This document shows positions 43,888 through 52,898 of a DNA stretch of 64,000 nucleotides, piece by piece; position 1 is the stretch's first letter, and each line of letters starts with the position of its first letter. The stretch is from Bacteroidota bacterium (lineage in GTDB: Bacteria > Bacteroidota > Ignavibacteria > Kapaibacteriales > UBA961), in assembly GCA_020852855.1 (NCBI GenBank), contig JADZAA010000049.1, positions 67,449 through 131,448 of the forward strand, written 5' to 3'. The position numbers and the translations under genes were made by a program. A model generated the notes under the pieces. It did no database searches, was not told the DNA's origin, and saw nothing but the letters and a program-made list of their open reading frames with translations.

Positions 43888-46146
43888 TCAGTCAAAAAAT
43901 GTTGCTTGTCCTCCTCGTTTTAGTCGCCAACTGTCCTGTCCAACACGTTCTGCAATATCTTCAAGCACATTTAAAACCGTTTGGCTTTCGGGTGTTGTTC
44001 CATTTTTTAGTAACGGCAAAATTTCTAAAATTATTTGGTCAAAATGTGGCGATTTGTTCTCTCGTTCCATTCTTCGTAAATAACTAATCAAATAGTATTT
44101 TATACGCAGACGAACATCAACATGTGTTCTAAATTTTTTATCTTTTTTTATTGTAAACACCTCTGTCGTTTCATCGTAGTCGAAGTTGTCAAGCAAAATT
44201 GGCGTTAGATCAGTATATTCTTTTTTGAGTAAGTCAAGAAATCCTAGTTCCAAACCTTTTATAATAAGTTCGTCATTGATTTGTTCCAATGTTGCACCGT
44301 CGTTTTTGGCGATAATTCCTTCAATAGTCTGCATCACAATTTCGGCAATGTCCATTCCGAGATTTGCCTTCAAAATAGCCTTCGGATTGCGCACTTTTCG
44401 GAAATTAATAATCAGTTGTCCGCTCAAAACCGTAAACGGATTTTGTCGTTTTTTGAAACTTGTCTGTCCGTTTTTTTGTGGAACTGCACCGATGTATTCA
44501 AAACCGCAACTTTCTGCTGTGTCAATGATTAAATGCCAAAACTCAGGATCTTTGTGTGCAAAAACAAACGATAACCAACGGTCGTATTTTAGTACACGAT
44601 ACATTTCCTTAATACTTTGTGCAATAAGTTCGTTGTATTCGTCTTTGCTCTTTTTTTGTTCGCCTCCTTCAATGGCTTCTTGTTTGTAATCGTCTTCGGT
44701 TACTTCCAAATCAAGCCAAGCGTTCCACATTGCTGACAAATCTAAATACGGAATTTTCTTTCCGTAAGGCGGGTCGGTGTAAATGTAATCTACACTTTCT
44801 TTGGGCAAAAAACTTAAATCGGTAGCCGAACCTTTTATGATTTGTGCGTTTGAAATGGTTTTGTCGTTGATGAAATATTCAATTTCTTTTTTCGCTTCTA
44901 AAACTTTTTTATAGCGAAGTTCAAAACATTGTGTAACGGCAATATCTGTTGGGTCAGGTGCAAGTCTATAACGATAATATCGGAAAGCTGCAGCATCACC
45001 TCCAAAACCTGTGTTTGCTTCAACTGCCTTACTAATGTGATAAGTTAAATTAACTCGTGTAATAACTCCTGAAAAAGCTAACAACAAAGAATTTTTTATA
45101 TTTTCATTTTTCTCTTTCAAAATGATTGATTTTAGTAATGACAGTTCCGCTAATTGTTTATCGCTAAAAAGTTGGTCAACGGTTTCAACATCAGAACCTT
45201 TTGGCAATAGTAATGGTTTTGGTTGAGGATATTTTTTAATTGCTTTTTTTATTTCGGATTCTGTTTTGGGTTCGTGTTTTATGTATTCTTCTTTTACACG
45301 ATTAAACGCATTTTTCAATTCATTTTGGGTAATTGGTGCGATAAGCGACTTAACTAAAAAAACAGCCATTGGGTTGATGTCAATATTTATTCCTTTTCTG
45401 CCACTCATTATTGCTTCAATAACGGTTACACCGCTACCACCAAAAGGGTCAAGCACTAAATCACCCGGTTTACTGAAATTTTTAATGTATTCTTGAACAA
45501 CATTCCACGTTTGTTTAGTGAAATATCCGTGAACTCCAAAATGTCTTTTAGCTGCACGTTTTTTCACTTCAATTTCTTCAAGCAGTGGTCGTGTTGCGTA
45601 GTCAAAACCTGTTGGTTTTGCTGTTGCATTTGTGGTGTCATAAGTTAGTGTTTTACCAACTTGAAAACTGCTTGGCGAAAGGAATAATTTTATATCTTCC
45701 CAATGATGTTCAATTTCGTCAATTTGAAAAAATAAAATAGGTTTTTCAGTATCGTTCGTTCTAAAAACAGAAAATTCTAAACCATTGCAAAGAGCAAAAT
45801 AATTACTTCTGATTTCTGGGTGTGTGGCGTAGCAATACACTTGTTCCACATTGTCGTCATTGATAATTTTTTGGTTAGGTGCTTTTGCATCTAAAACCCA
45901 AGCAAAATTATTTTCAACTTTTAGAGCATAGTCGGGAATAAGGTTTATAGGTCGTTTTTTACTGCCTGTTTTGAGAAAAGGGTGTTGCAGTGTTTTACTA
46001 CGAACAATGTTTTCTTGGGAATAACCAAGTTCTTTAAGAATTGGAAGTATGATTACTTCTCTAACGCTGTCTTCCTTGAAGTCAGGGTTTTGAGTTAGTG
46101 TCCGAAAATCTAAATTTCCGAAAAGTTGTTGTCTTGTTACCGCCAT
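43888..46146 (-). CDS. Fusion of an HsdR-N-like PD-(D/E)xK nuclease domain to an N6/N4 DNA methyltransferase (candidate single-chain restriction-modification/defence enzyme)
   Basis: 752 aa. The N-terminal ~140 aa (ILPILKELGY...PDYALKVENNFAWVLDAKAPNQKI...QVYCYATHPEIRSNYFALCNGLEFSVF) match the HsdR-N/Mrr-like nuclease fold with a PD...LDAK core. The MTase has FxGxG motif I (LVLDPFGGSGVTVIEA) at about aa 229 and motif IV (YIYTDPPYGKK) at about aa 455, with about 200 aa between them (alpha-like order). A ~190-aa C-terminal tail follows. The gene is low-GC. Confidence 0.6.
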   Translation of the reverse strand: MAVTRQQLFGNLDFRTLTQNPDFKEDSVREVIILPILKELGYSQENIVRSKTLQHPFLKTGSKKRPINLIPDYALKVENNFAWVLDAKAPNQKIINDDNVEQVYCYATHPEIRSNYFALCNGLEFSVFRTNDTEKPILFFQIDEIEHHWEDIKLFLSPSSFQVGKTLTYDTTNATAKPTGFDYATRPLLEEIEVKKRAAKRHFGVHGYFTKQTWNVVQEYIKNFSKPGDLVLDPFGGSGVTVIEAIMSGRKGINIDINPMAVFLVKSLIAPITQNELKNAFNRVKEEYIKHEPKTESEIKKAIKKYPQPKPLLLPKGSDVETVDQLFSDKQLAELSLLKSIILKEKNENIKNSLLLAFSGVITRVNLTYHISKAVEANTGFGGDAAAFRYYRYRLAPDPTDIAVTQCFELRYKKVLEAKKEIEYFINDKTISNAQIIKGSATDLSFLPKESVDYIYTDPPYGKKIPYLDLSAMWNAWLDLEVTEDDYKQEAIEGGEQKKSKDEYNELIAQSIKEMYRVLKYDRWLSFVFAHKDPEFWHLIIDTAESCGFEYIGAVPQKNGQTSFKKRQNPFTVLSGQLIINFRKVRNPKAILKANLGMDIAEIVMQTIEGIIAKNDGATLEQINDELIIKGLELGFLDLLKKEYTDLTPILLDNFDYDETTEVFTIKKDKKFRTHVDVRLRIKYYLISYLRRMERENKSPHFDQIILEILPLLKNGTTPESQTVLNVLEDIAERVGQDSWRLKRGGQATFFD

Positions 46147-46364
46147 TTATTTCTCCGTTTAGAGCTACAAAGTTATACAGTTAATAGCGACATTTTTATT
46201 TATTGGTGTGCCGTTGTTCCGTTAACCTTGCCGCCCTACTTACTTATAAGCGAAACTTTACTTAATTTTATATGTTCAATATAGTAAAAAAATAAAAATC
46301 ATCAAACGGATTTTTAATTTTTTTAATTTTTTTAGCGAAGAAAATCTAAAATATGAGGATATAG

Positions 46365-46457
46365 ATGAGGTAATGAGAAGATGAAACAAACGACCGCGAA
46401 ATGTGCTGAATGTTAAAACGCCAAGTCAAGTATTTTCAACCTTTTTTATTCTGTTGC
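46365..46457. repeat. Direct repeat copy B (~93 bp), flanking islet 2
   Basis: ATGAGGTAATgagAAGAtgAAACAAacGACCGCGAAAtgTGCTGAATGTTAAAACGCCAAGTCAAGTATTtTCAACcTTTTTTAtTCTGTTGC. It contains the hairpin AAGTCAAGT...ACTTGACTT. Confidence 0.7.
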
Positions 46458-46478
46458 ACTTGACTTTTGATTTAGATA

Positions 46479-48911
46479 TTAAAAAACTAATACGGGAATA
46501 TTCAAATGTTGCTCTGCCAGACGAATTGTAATAATATATAAACCCTTCGGAATATCTTCACAATTCCATTCTATGTAACCGCCGTTTCTGCTCTGCTGAA
46601 TTATGCGTGTTGTTTGGTCTACATTCGGAACGTCCGAACCGGAAATACTGCGAATATTGATTGTTGCATCGGAAATATTATACTTCGGCTCACAGGAAAC
46701 ATCGCAACGAATAAATCCGTGTGCAGGCATAGGATATGGCTCGCTTTTCCATAGCCATGCGGGATGCTCAACTGCGTTATGCTGCACACCCACAGGCGAT
46801 TGCAATACCGATATTTTTACAATATTTGTTAAATAATCTATTGGTTTCGGTACCGCGTAAACTTGCTTGCTTATAAGCATTATTGCCGTTGTGTCTGCGG
46901 TTGATTGTACGTTGAAAATTGTACTTTGGTCTTCGTTATTCCACTTTGAAAAAATATTCTCGGCTTTTATCGAGTCCCACTTCGTGTCACTATCTTTTAT
47001 ATTTTCTGCCGAATACAATGTATTTTCTTCTGTTATAAAGCATAGCCTATTGTTAAGAATAAACGATGTTTTTATTGGTGCATCAATATATACAGAGTCA
47101 AATTTACGGGTAAGATAATCGTAACGATATAATAAGTGATTATTTGTGGGGATAATAATATTTTGTCCGACTATTTTCAATTCCGGTAAAACAGGATTGT
47201 CATAGTAATATTTATCGGTGGCAATTGCATAACGAAGTGGTTGCGTAATTGGGAGAGTAATGCTATCCCATGTTTTACCGTAATCGGTTGAGCGTAACAA
47301 TGCATAACTATACGAATAATCGGGTGCGTAACCGTCGCTGTCTGCAGTAGGCTTCCCGGCAGTTCGTAGCCCTAAGGTCAAGATTGACTCATCGGGCATT
47401 GTTGTCATGCTAATAGCATTGTCAAAAGGTAAGCGTACAGAATCAAGTAACTGCAAATTTTCATTGTAAAGTAATAGCAGGTTCAGCGGTGTGAATGATG
47501 GCTTACGTGTAAAAATAGCGTAACGTTCTCCTGTTTTTATTCCGTTCTTATATAGAGAGCCGCCGAGCATCAAAGAATCGTAGCCATACGATTTATATGT
47601 GTACCCATTGTCAGATGTCGCAAACACATTGGCATCAGGCACAATATTAGTATCAAATACAATATATCCTTTTTCTTTGTCTGTAAGGAAATAATTGCGC
47701 GGATTCGCTGACTTGTTACCCTTGAAAGTATGTGTATAAGTCTGAGGTAACCATGTTGCGCCGCCGTCTGTTGTTCTGAAAAACGAGAATGTGTTAAATA
47801 GGAACATTGTATTTGCATTACGACATATAAAATTACTTGGCGATGCATTGGAATATTTTATACAAGATAAAAAATTCCACGTTTTACCGGAATCATACGA
47901 CATTGCGATGCACTTATCTTTACCTACTGCAATTATAGTATCGGGAGTTAGTGCAAGTATCTCTTGAAAATAAAATGAATACCTTGACATCGATAATTGC
48001 AGCTTCGCCGAGTCAAGCGGATTAATAACAGTTATATATGAAGTATCGGCAGAATAATGTGATGTATCAGCCTTTATATAATCAATAGCCAACAAATCAT
48101 TTGCTTCATCAGGTATATATTGGCTTTTCGGCCGTATATAGTATCTCTCGTTATTTACAATATGACTGCACGAACCATTGTACACCGCACCGGGGAAAAA
48201 TGTTTCCCAAGTTTCTCCTTTATTAAATGTTTGTAAAATTTTATCGTAGCTGTAGGTTGTGTAGTCGTTACTTACCGTGAATGTTAATGTACCTTCATTA
48301 TTACGTAAGCCGTGTATTATATTCGGATAGGCTTTGTTTGCGGGTGGTATGTGTGCTGCTACATAGACAGTGTCGAAAGATAACTTGCTTGCATTGTATC
48401 GAATTAAAAGTGTGTCATTACAAGTAATCCAGGTACCTGTTTCATCTATATGTATTTCACCGTAGTTCAAGTTGCTGTCGAGCGTCAGAAATTGTTTAAT
48501 CGTTTGGTCATTTTTTACGGAAAGTACATTTGACTTTGTAAGAATATATGTAGAATCTCCGTAAATTGTTATATCTATAATATCAGGTGTTGTAGATACA
48601 TCAACAATGTCCCAAAAAGCACCATTTTTCTGTGAAAATATCAACGAATAATCGGTAACTCCAATAAATTCGTTACCTGTGGCAAATATACGCTTTATCG
48701 AATGTTTATCCCCTAAGGATATTTGACTCCACGTTGCACCGAAATCGGTAGAACGGGTAATTATGCCATAATCTCCGTAGCAAAGTACGGCCGAGCCGTT
48801 GAAAGCAATACCCCGATAGTCGGTTATCAAACGCTCGGTTCTAAACGTTACTTCTTGTGCCCACAGAGGTATAGCAAGCAGGAACACGATTAATATGTAA
48901 ACTGTTTTCAT
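46479..48911 (-). CDS. BNR/Asp-box repeat beta-propeller protein (sortilin/GH74/Ycf48-like) with a probable T9SS C-terminal sorting domain
   Basis: The signal peptide MKTVYILIVFLLAIPLWAQ starts at the ATG at 48911; the ORF-track start at 49022 is probably too far upstream. Five SxDxGxTW-type motifs are present (STDFGATW, TFNKGETW, SYDSGKTW, TTDGGATW, STDYGKTW). The C-terminus is ...PKGLYIITIRLAEQHLNIPVLVF. The gene is low-GC. Confidence 0.6.
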   Translation of the reverse strand: MKTVYILIVFLLAIPLWAQEVTFRTERLITDYRGIAFNGSAVLCYGDYGIITRSTDFGATWSQISLGDKHSIKRIFATGNEFIGVTDYSLIFSQKNGAFWDIVDVSTTPDIIDITIYGDSTYILTKSNVLSVKNDQTIKQFLTLDSNLNYGEIHIDETGTWITCNDTLLIRYNASKLSFDTVYVAAHIPPANKAYPNIIHGLRNNEGTLTFTVSNDYTTYSYDKILQTFNKGETWETFFPGAVYNGSCSHIVNNERYYIRPKSQYIPDEANDLLAIDYIKADTSHYSADTSYITVINPLDSAKLQLSMSRYSFYFQEILALTPDTIIAVGKDKCIAMSYDSGKTWNFLSCIKYSNASPSNFICRNANTMFLFNTFSFFRTTDGGATWLPQTYTHTFKGNKSANPRNYFLTDKEKGYIVFDTNIVPDANVFATSDNGYTYKSYGYDSLMLGGSLYKNGIKTGERYAIFTRKPSFTPLNLLLLYNENLQLLDSVRLPFDNAISMTTMPDESILTLGLRTAGKPTADSDGYAPDYSYSYALLRSTDYGKTWDSITLPITQPLRYAIATDKYYYDNPVLPELKIVGQNIIIPTNNHLLYRYDYLTRKFDSVYIDAPIKTSFILNNRLCFITEENTLYSAENIKDSDTKWDSIKAENIFSKWNNEDQSTIFNVQSTADTTAIMLISKQVYAVPKPIDYLTNIVKISVLQSPVGVQHNAVEHPAWLWKSEPYPMPAHGFIRCDVSCEPKYNISDATINIRSISGSDVPNVDQTTRIIQQSRNGGYIEWNCEDIPKGLYIITIRLAEQHLNIPVLVF

Positions 48912-49012
48912 AAAATTATTTCTGTAAAAGAGTAAAATATGGTGCAGATAATAGATTTGCGATTTACGCCGCCTAACATTTGACTTCACAGATTCGGAAA
49001 GATGTTTTATTA

Positions 49013-49666
49013 TTATGGGCAATCCATTTCTTTATAACACTCGCTATTTTGTAGCCAACCCGTAAAATGAACTGATGGTTCACCAGGTTCCGATGGCCAC
49101 GGGGAATTTCGATTGCAGGTATATTCTATTCTTTGATAATTAGGATCCGGGCTATTGGGGCATTTAATAATGTCCAATGTTTGCTCATCTCGACAAACTT
49201 GCCAAGTTACAATGCAATAATCGCCATTAATGCATGGAGTTTTCCAGTTTTTATAATGATATGATAAATCAGGATTCTGCCAACCGAATGTCGACCATTG
49301 ATAGCATATAGGAAATTCTAAAGTTAGTATCCGGCAACCGGTTGAGCATGGCGGTATGTCACAAAATAACGCATAATGTGGCATGAACTGCGAGCGTAAC
49401 CAAGTTTCGTCGGGTGTCCAATTAGGGCATGGAGAGCGCGGATTTGCGGGTTTTATATCCATAACTTTTACGTTAGCCGGATCTGCACCGCTGATGCCGC
49501 ATTTGTAGCAGAACTCTATTATCCAAGAACAGCCGTTCGGGTCGGGACCAAAAGTTAGTGTCGTAGAATTCCAACCCGGAAGACATTGAGCATTTACTGA
49601 TATTGTTTCGAATATGCAACCCATAAAAATGAGCATTAAAGTAAAGAATGAAAGAAGTAAATTCAT
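49013..49666 (-). CDS. Cysteine-rich secreted protein, paralog A (217 aa, ~16 Cys in the mature part)
   Basis: A signal peptide is followed by AQC...GCSWIIEFCYKCG...CDIPPCSTGC...DYCIVTWQVC.... The Cys spacing is shared with paralog B at 52281-52898. Confidence 0.55.
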   Translation of the reverse strand: MNLLLSFFTLMLIFMGCIFETISVNAQCLPGWNSTTLTFGPDPNGCSWIIEFCYKCGISGADPANVKVMDIKPANPRSPCPNWTPDETWLRSQFMPHYALFCDIPPCSTGCRILTLEFPICYQWSTFGWQNPDLSYHYKNWKTPCINGDYCIVTWQVCRDEQTLDIIKCPNSPDPNYQRIEYTCNRNSPWPSEPGEPSVHFTGWLQNSECYKEMDCP

Positions 49667-49842
49667 TTTGGTACCCTGAAAATGAAAGAATAGATTAAAA
49701 TCCAGCGCAAATTATACATATTTATTGTTATTGTAAAATATATTTTTTGCGTGATAAAGCATAATAACAAAACAAACCGCATTACTACGGCTTATTTGAT
49801 ATTTGCCCCTATTTTACGGGTATTCTTTCTGTATAGTATCTA

Positions 49843-50595
49843 TCAGAAAACTGGTACTATAAAGGATACGACAGACGACGGCTTGCCGATTTGCCTATAT
49901 AATGGCAGGTGCGTTTCGGGATCTTTTACTGTACCTCCGTCGGGAATAGTATTCAGTGGCGAAAGCGGATATGCGATTGCATATAGCCGTTGATATTGCC
50001 GGAAGTCTTGGGCAATGAGCGTCGGGCCGCTGATTATAAGAACAGATCGCAACGAATCAGTGAATATGAGTTTATCGGTAACGTAGAGATATCTGCCCGG
50101 CTCGCACGAAACGGTTGCAGCGGTATCAAGAAACAACAATGCTTGCACTTTTGGAAAAAAAGCCGTGGGAATCGAAGAAATTGTTGCTTCGCATCGCACA
50201 GATCCTTGCGATGTGTCCGAAATAACGATAAATTCCGTCAATTGAGCCGGCTCCTGCACTAAGGTTATCGGCGGAATATGCACAGTGCCGTTACCTGCGA
50301 ATACATAGTCAATAATTTCGGCACTGCAATAGTTGTCTTTCGAGAAAACAATGCGGTGTAGTCCGGGAGGAACATTATTTAATATCCACGAGCCGTCTGC
50401 AGCCGACAGCGTTTCAACTCCCGCCGCTGAAATTTTAACGCCGGCTCTATCCGCCACAAATGGCGCGTCCTCACGGACAAGATAGACGATACCTTTCAAA
50501 ACGCCGGGCGCAGTAGCCGTTGCATTTGGGCCGGGCTCGCCCTCGCAACCCGAAAGAATTGCTGCCAATATTATTAAAATTATAATCACTTTCAT
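49843..50595 (-). CDS. Lipoprotein with carboxypeptidase-regulatory-like (CarbopepD_reg/transthyretin-like) domain, paralog 3
   Basis: The lipobox ILSGCEGEPG has acidic residues after the Cys. The domain reads GVLKGIVYLV...DGSWILNNVPPGLHRIVFSKDNY. Confidence 0.6.
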   Translation of the reverse strand: MKVIIILIILAAILSGCEGEPGPNATATAPGVLKGIVYLVREDAPFVADRAGVKISAAGVETLSAADGSWILNNVPPGLHRIVFSKDNYCSAEIIDYVFAGNGTVHIPPITLVQEPAQLTEFIVISDTSQGSVRCEATISSIPTAFFPKVQALLFLDTAATVSCEPGRYLYVTDKLIFTDSLRSVLIISGPTLIAQDFRQYQRLYAIAYPLSPLNTIPDGGTVKDPETHLPLYRQIGKPSSVVSFIVPVF

Positions 50596-51434
50596 GGCAT
50601 TCTTACTTTAATTCTTCGCACTTGAATTGTATCGGTTACGGTAGAAACAAAATTCCCTGTAGCGGGGTCTCGGTAAAATGTTTTGCCTGTAGTGGGTTGT
50701 ATATCCCATGATGAACTTTCGTTTTCGCGCCAACGCCAATAGGGAAAGCCAGATATATAGATGTACGAACCGGGTGTAACACCTTTGTTCAATAACGGCT
50801 TGAAATAGATGTTATCATTAAGTCCATCATATAGGCCGTTGCTCCCACTGTTATTATTAAGTGTAGCGTATGCATCAAGATATGATTCAGGCCGATAGGG
50901 TGAGGCTGTACTATCTACTGAAAGTAACAATAAAAGTCCCTGCTCATTATTTGGCGCGTATTTATTATAACCGTTACGGTCAGGCGGTCCAAATCTGGCT
51001 GATATTGCCACCGAATAATTGTTAGTATTGCCTACCGGATAGAATTCCGAGAACGGATAAAACCCTGCAAGGCGCGTGATGGCAACCGGAACAGTCGTAA
51101 TTTCACCACCGTTACACTGCATTTCGGGCAGGCGCATTGTGCTAAAACCGGGTCTGGAGAATCGTATAGAATACGAACCCGCCGGAATATCTTTCAGCAT
51201 CCACAGCCCTGCCGCATCGGTTTTCGTGCGGAAGTTCGTTCCTTCGAGTTCGACCGTAGTACCAATTCCATCAGAAAGTAATAGACGATAATAAGTGAAT
51301 GTTGTATCATAGGCCGCACAATAACCGCGTAGCGTTGTCAATATGGGCTTACCCGGCTCGCCGACGGGCGGAGTGCATCCTGCTATAATTATCGCCGCTA
51401 TCCATAATGCAAAAAGGATATGTTTGTTCATCAT
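50592..51434 (-). CDS. Lipoprotein with carboxypeptidase-regulatory-like domain, paralog 2
   Basis: The lipobox is IIAGCTPPVGEPG. The domain reads ...TDAAGLWMLKDIPAGSYSIRFSRPGFS. The start (M10/M11) is uncertain. Confidence 0.6.
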   Translation of the reverse strand: MMNKHILFALWIAAIIIAGCTPPVGEPGKPILTTLRGYCAAYDTTFTYYRLLLSDGIGTTVELEGTNFRTKTDAAGLWMLKDIPAGSYSIRFSRPGFSTMRLPEMQCNGGEITTVPVAITRLAGFYPFSEFYPVGNTNNYSVAISARFGPPDRNGYNKYAPNNEQGLLLLLSVDSTASPYRPESYLDAYATLNNNSGSNGLYDGLNDNIYFKPLLNKGVTPGSYIYISGFPYWRWRENESSSWDIQPTTGKTFYRDPATGNFVSTVTDTIQVRRIKVRMP

Positions 51435-51435
51435 A

Positions 51436-52206
51436 TTATTTTCTATAAGGCGGTAAGACAAATGAAGCGGTGAATCCCTTCAGCCCAACGGCTGTTGAAA
51501 CGACTATTCTGCCAGTTACGGGATGCGGGTATAGAAACTGCTTGCCCGCCAAATGTCCAATTGCCGTAACATAAAACGAATCGCCCGGCTTGATGCCTGC
51601 CTGCCATAATTCTTCTTGGTTAATACCGTGGGAGTGTTGCATCCAATCGTAATCTTCAGGAGTAGGCGGTGCATTTTTTTTGAAATAAAGCGAATAGGTC
51701 ATAGGAATGCTGTCGGGCGGATACGAGGCAATGTCCACCTTAAATTCGGGCACATTCAATGACTTAAATTGTTCGTCTAAATTCATACGAATATCCGTGA
51801 TTTCTAAGGGGATGAGTTTCCCGAGCCATACGGCATCATACTGCGCACCCGGCATATCGTACACAAATACTTTTTTCCCCGCTTCAACGGGTACATTAGA
51901 AACTACCATTTTGCCGTAGCCTGCTTTCTGAAATATCAGAGTTCGTCGTCCAGCCGGCACATCATCAAGGTTCCACATTCCGTTTCTGTCTGTTTGTGTT
52001 GTAAGGAGCGTTCCTGCAACCGCAACGGTAATGCCCGAATTGTCGTATTCGGCTTCTATGTCTTTGCTCAACCGTGCAAGTACCGCTCGCCCGGCCAATA
52101 TTCCCGTTCCAGCCGGGGCATCGGCACCGGCAGGGCCTTGCGAGCAGTTCCATTGTAAAAATACAATTATTAAGCATATACATAGAAGAAGTGCACGGTG
52201 TTTCAT
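51436..52206 (-). CDS. Lipoprotein with carboxypeptidase-regulatory-like domain, paralog 1
   Basis: The signal plus lipobox is LQWNCSQ. The domain reads GILAGRAVLA...TDRNGMWNLDDVPAGRRTLIFQKAGYG. Confidence 0.6.
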   Translation of the reverse strand: MKHRALLLCICLIIVFLQWNCSQGPAGADAPAGTGILAGRAVLARLSKDIEAEYDNSGITVAVAGTLLTTQTDRNGMWNLDDVPAGRRTLIFQKAGYGKMVVSNVPVEAGKKVFVYDMPGAQYDAVWLGKLIPLEITDIRMNLDEQFKSLNVPEFKVDIASYPPDSIPMTYSLYFKKNAPPTPEDYDWMQHSHGINQEELWQAGIKPGDSFYVTAIGHLAGKQFLYPHPVTGRIVVSTAVGLKGFTASFVLPPYRK

Positions 52207-52280
52207 TTAGAGTAATATTTTATTGTTTTATAAAAATTAAATCAATAAAACCAGACTGTCAATTGACCGAATGGTTACTA

Positions 52281-52898
52281 CTATCTTACACAGGACTTAT
52301 AGCGACATTCTTCGTCACCCGACTCGCAACCTTTAGTTTGTGTCAAATCTGTACATATCAAAGTTAGATGGCCGTCTGGAGGGCAAAGGCAGATCTTATA
52401 CACTATTGAACAATCAGTTTCTGATGTACAACATTTGTAACAATTACCTACTTTTTTATAGCATCTTGCAAATAGTAATTCGACGTAACTATAAAAAACC
52501 GAGTTCACACAAGGGGGTGCCGGAGAACAGCCCGGATACCAGAGGCCGAGTTGATTATTGATAATTAAGGCACTTTGTAGCTCTTCGATCAAGTCGTGGA
52601 AATTGATAGACGGCGAGCAGTTACCGTAACAAATTTCATTTATTTTTATTCTTTTGTCAAGTTGTGCTACAAATACTCCGCATACACTATCATTGTATGT
52701 AACATTCGTGGAATCAAAACAATATTTGATAACAATAGTACACGGAACATTACCATTCATAATATTCAAGGTTGCCGTTTGTTCGGTTCCGCCATCGGAA
52801 CATGGACAATTGGATTGCGCTTTCAAGTTTGTCGCAACGCTGATGATAATGCTTGCGAGAATTGCCAAAGTAGAAAAGAATGATTGAAGCGATTTCAT
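52281..52898 (-). CDS. Cysteine-rich secreted protein, paralog B (205 aa, ~20 Cys)
   Basis: A signal peptide is followed by NCPCSDGG...PCTIVIKYCFDST...GCSPAPPCVNS...DCSIVYKICLCPP...CRYKSC. The Cys pattern is homologous to paralog A. Confidence 0.55.
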   Translation of the reverse strand: MKSLQSFFSTLAILASIIISVATNLKAQSNCPCSDGGTEQTATLNIMNGNVPCTIVIKYCFDSTNVTYNDSVCGVFVAQLDKRIKINEICYGNCSPSINFHDLIEELQSALIINNQLGLWYPGCSPAPPCVNSVFYSYVELLFARCYKKVGNCYKCCTSETDCSIVYKICLCPPDGHLTLICTDLTQTKGCESGDEECRYKSCVR

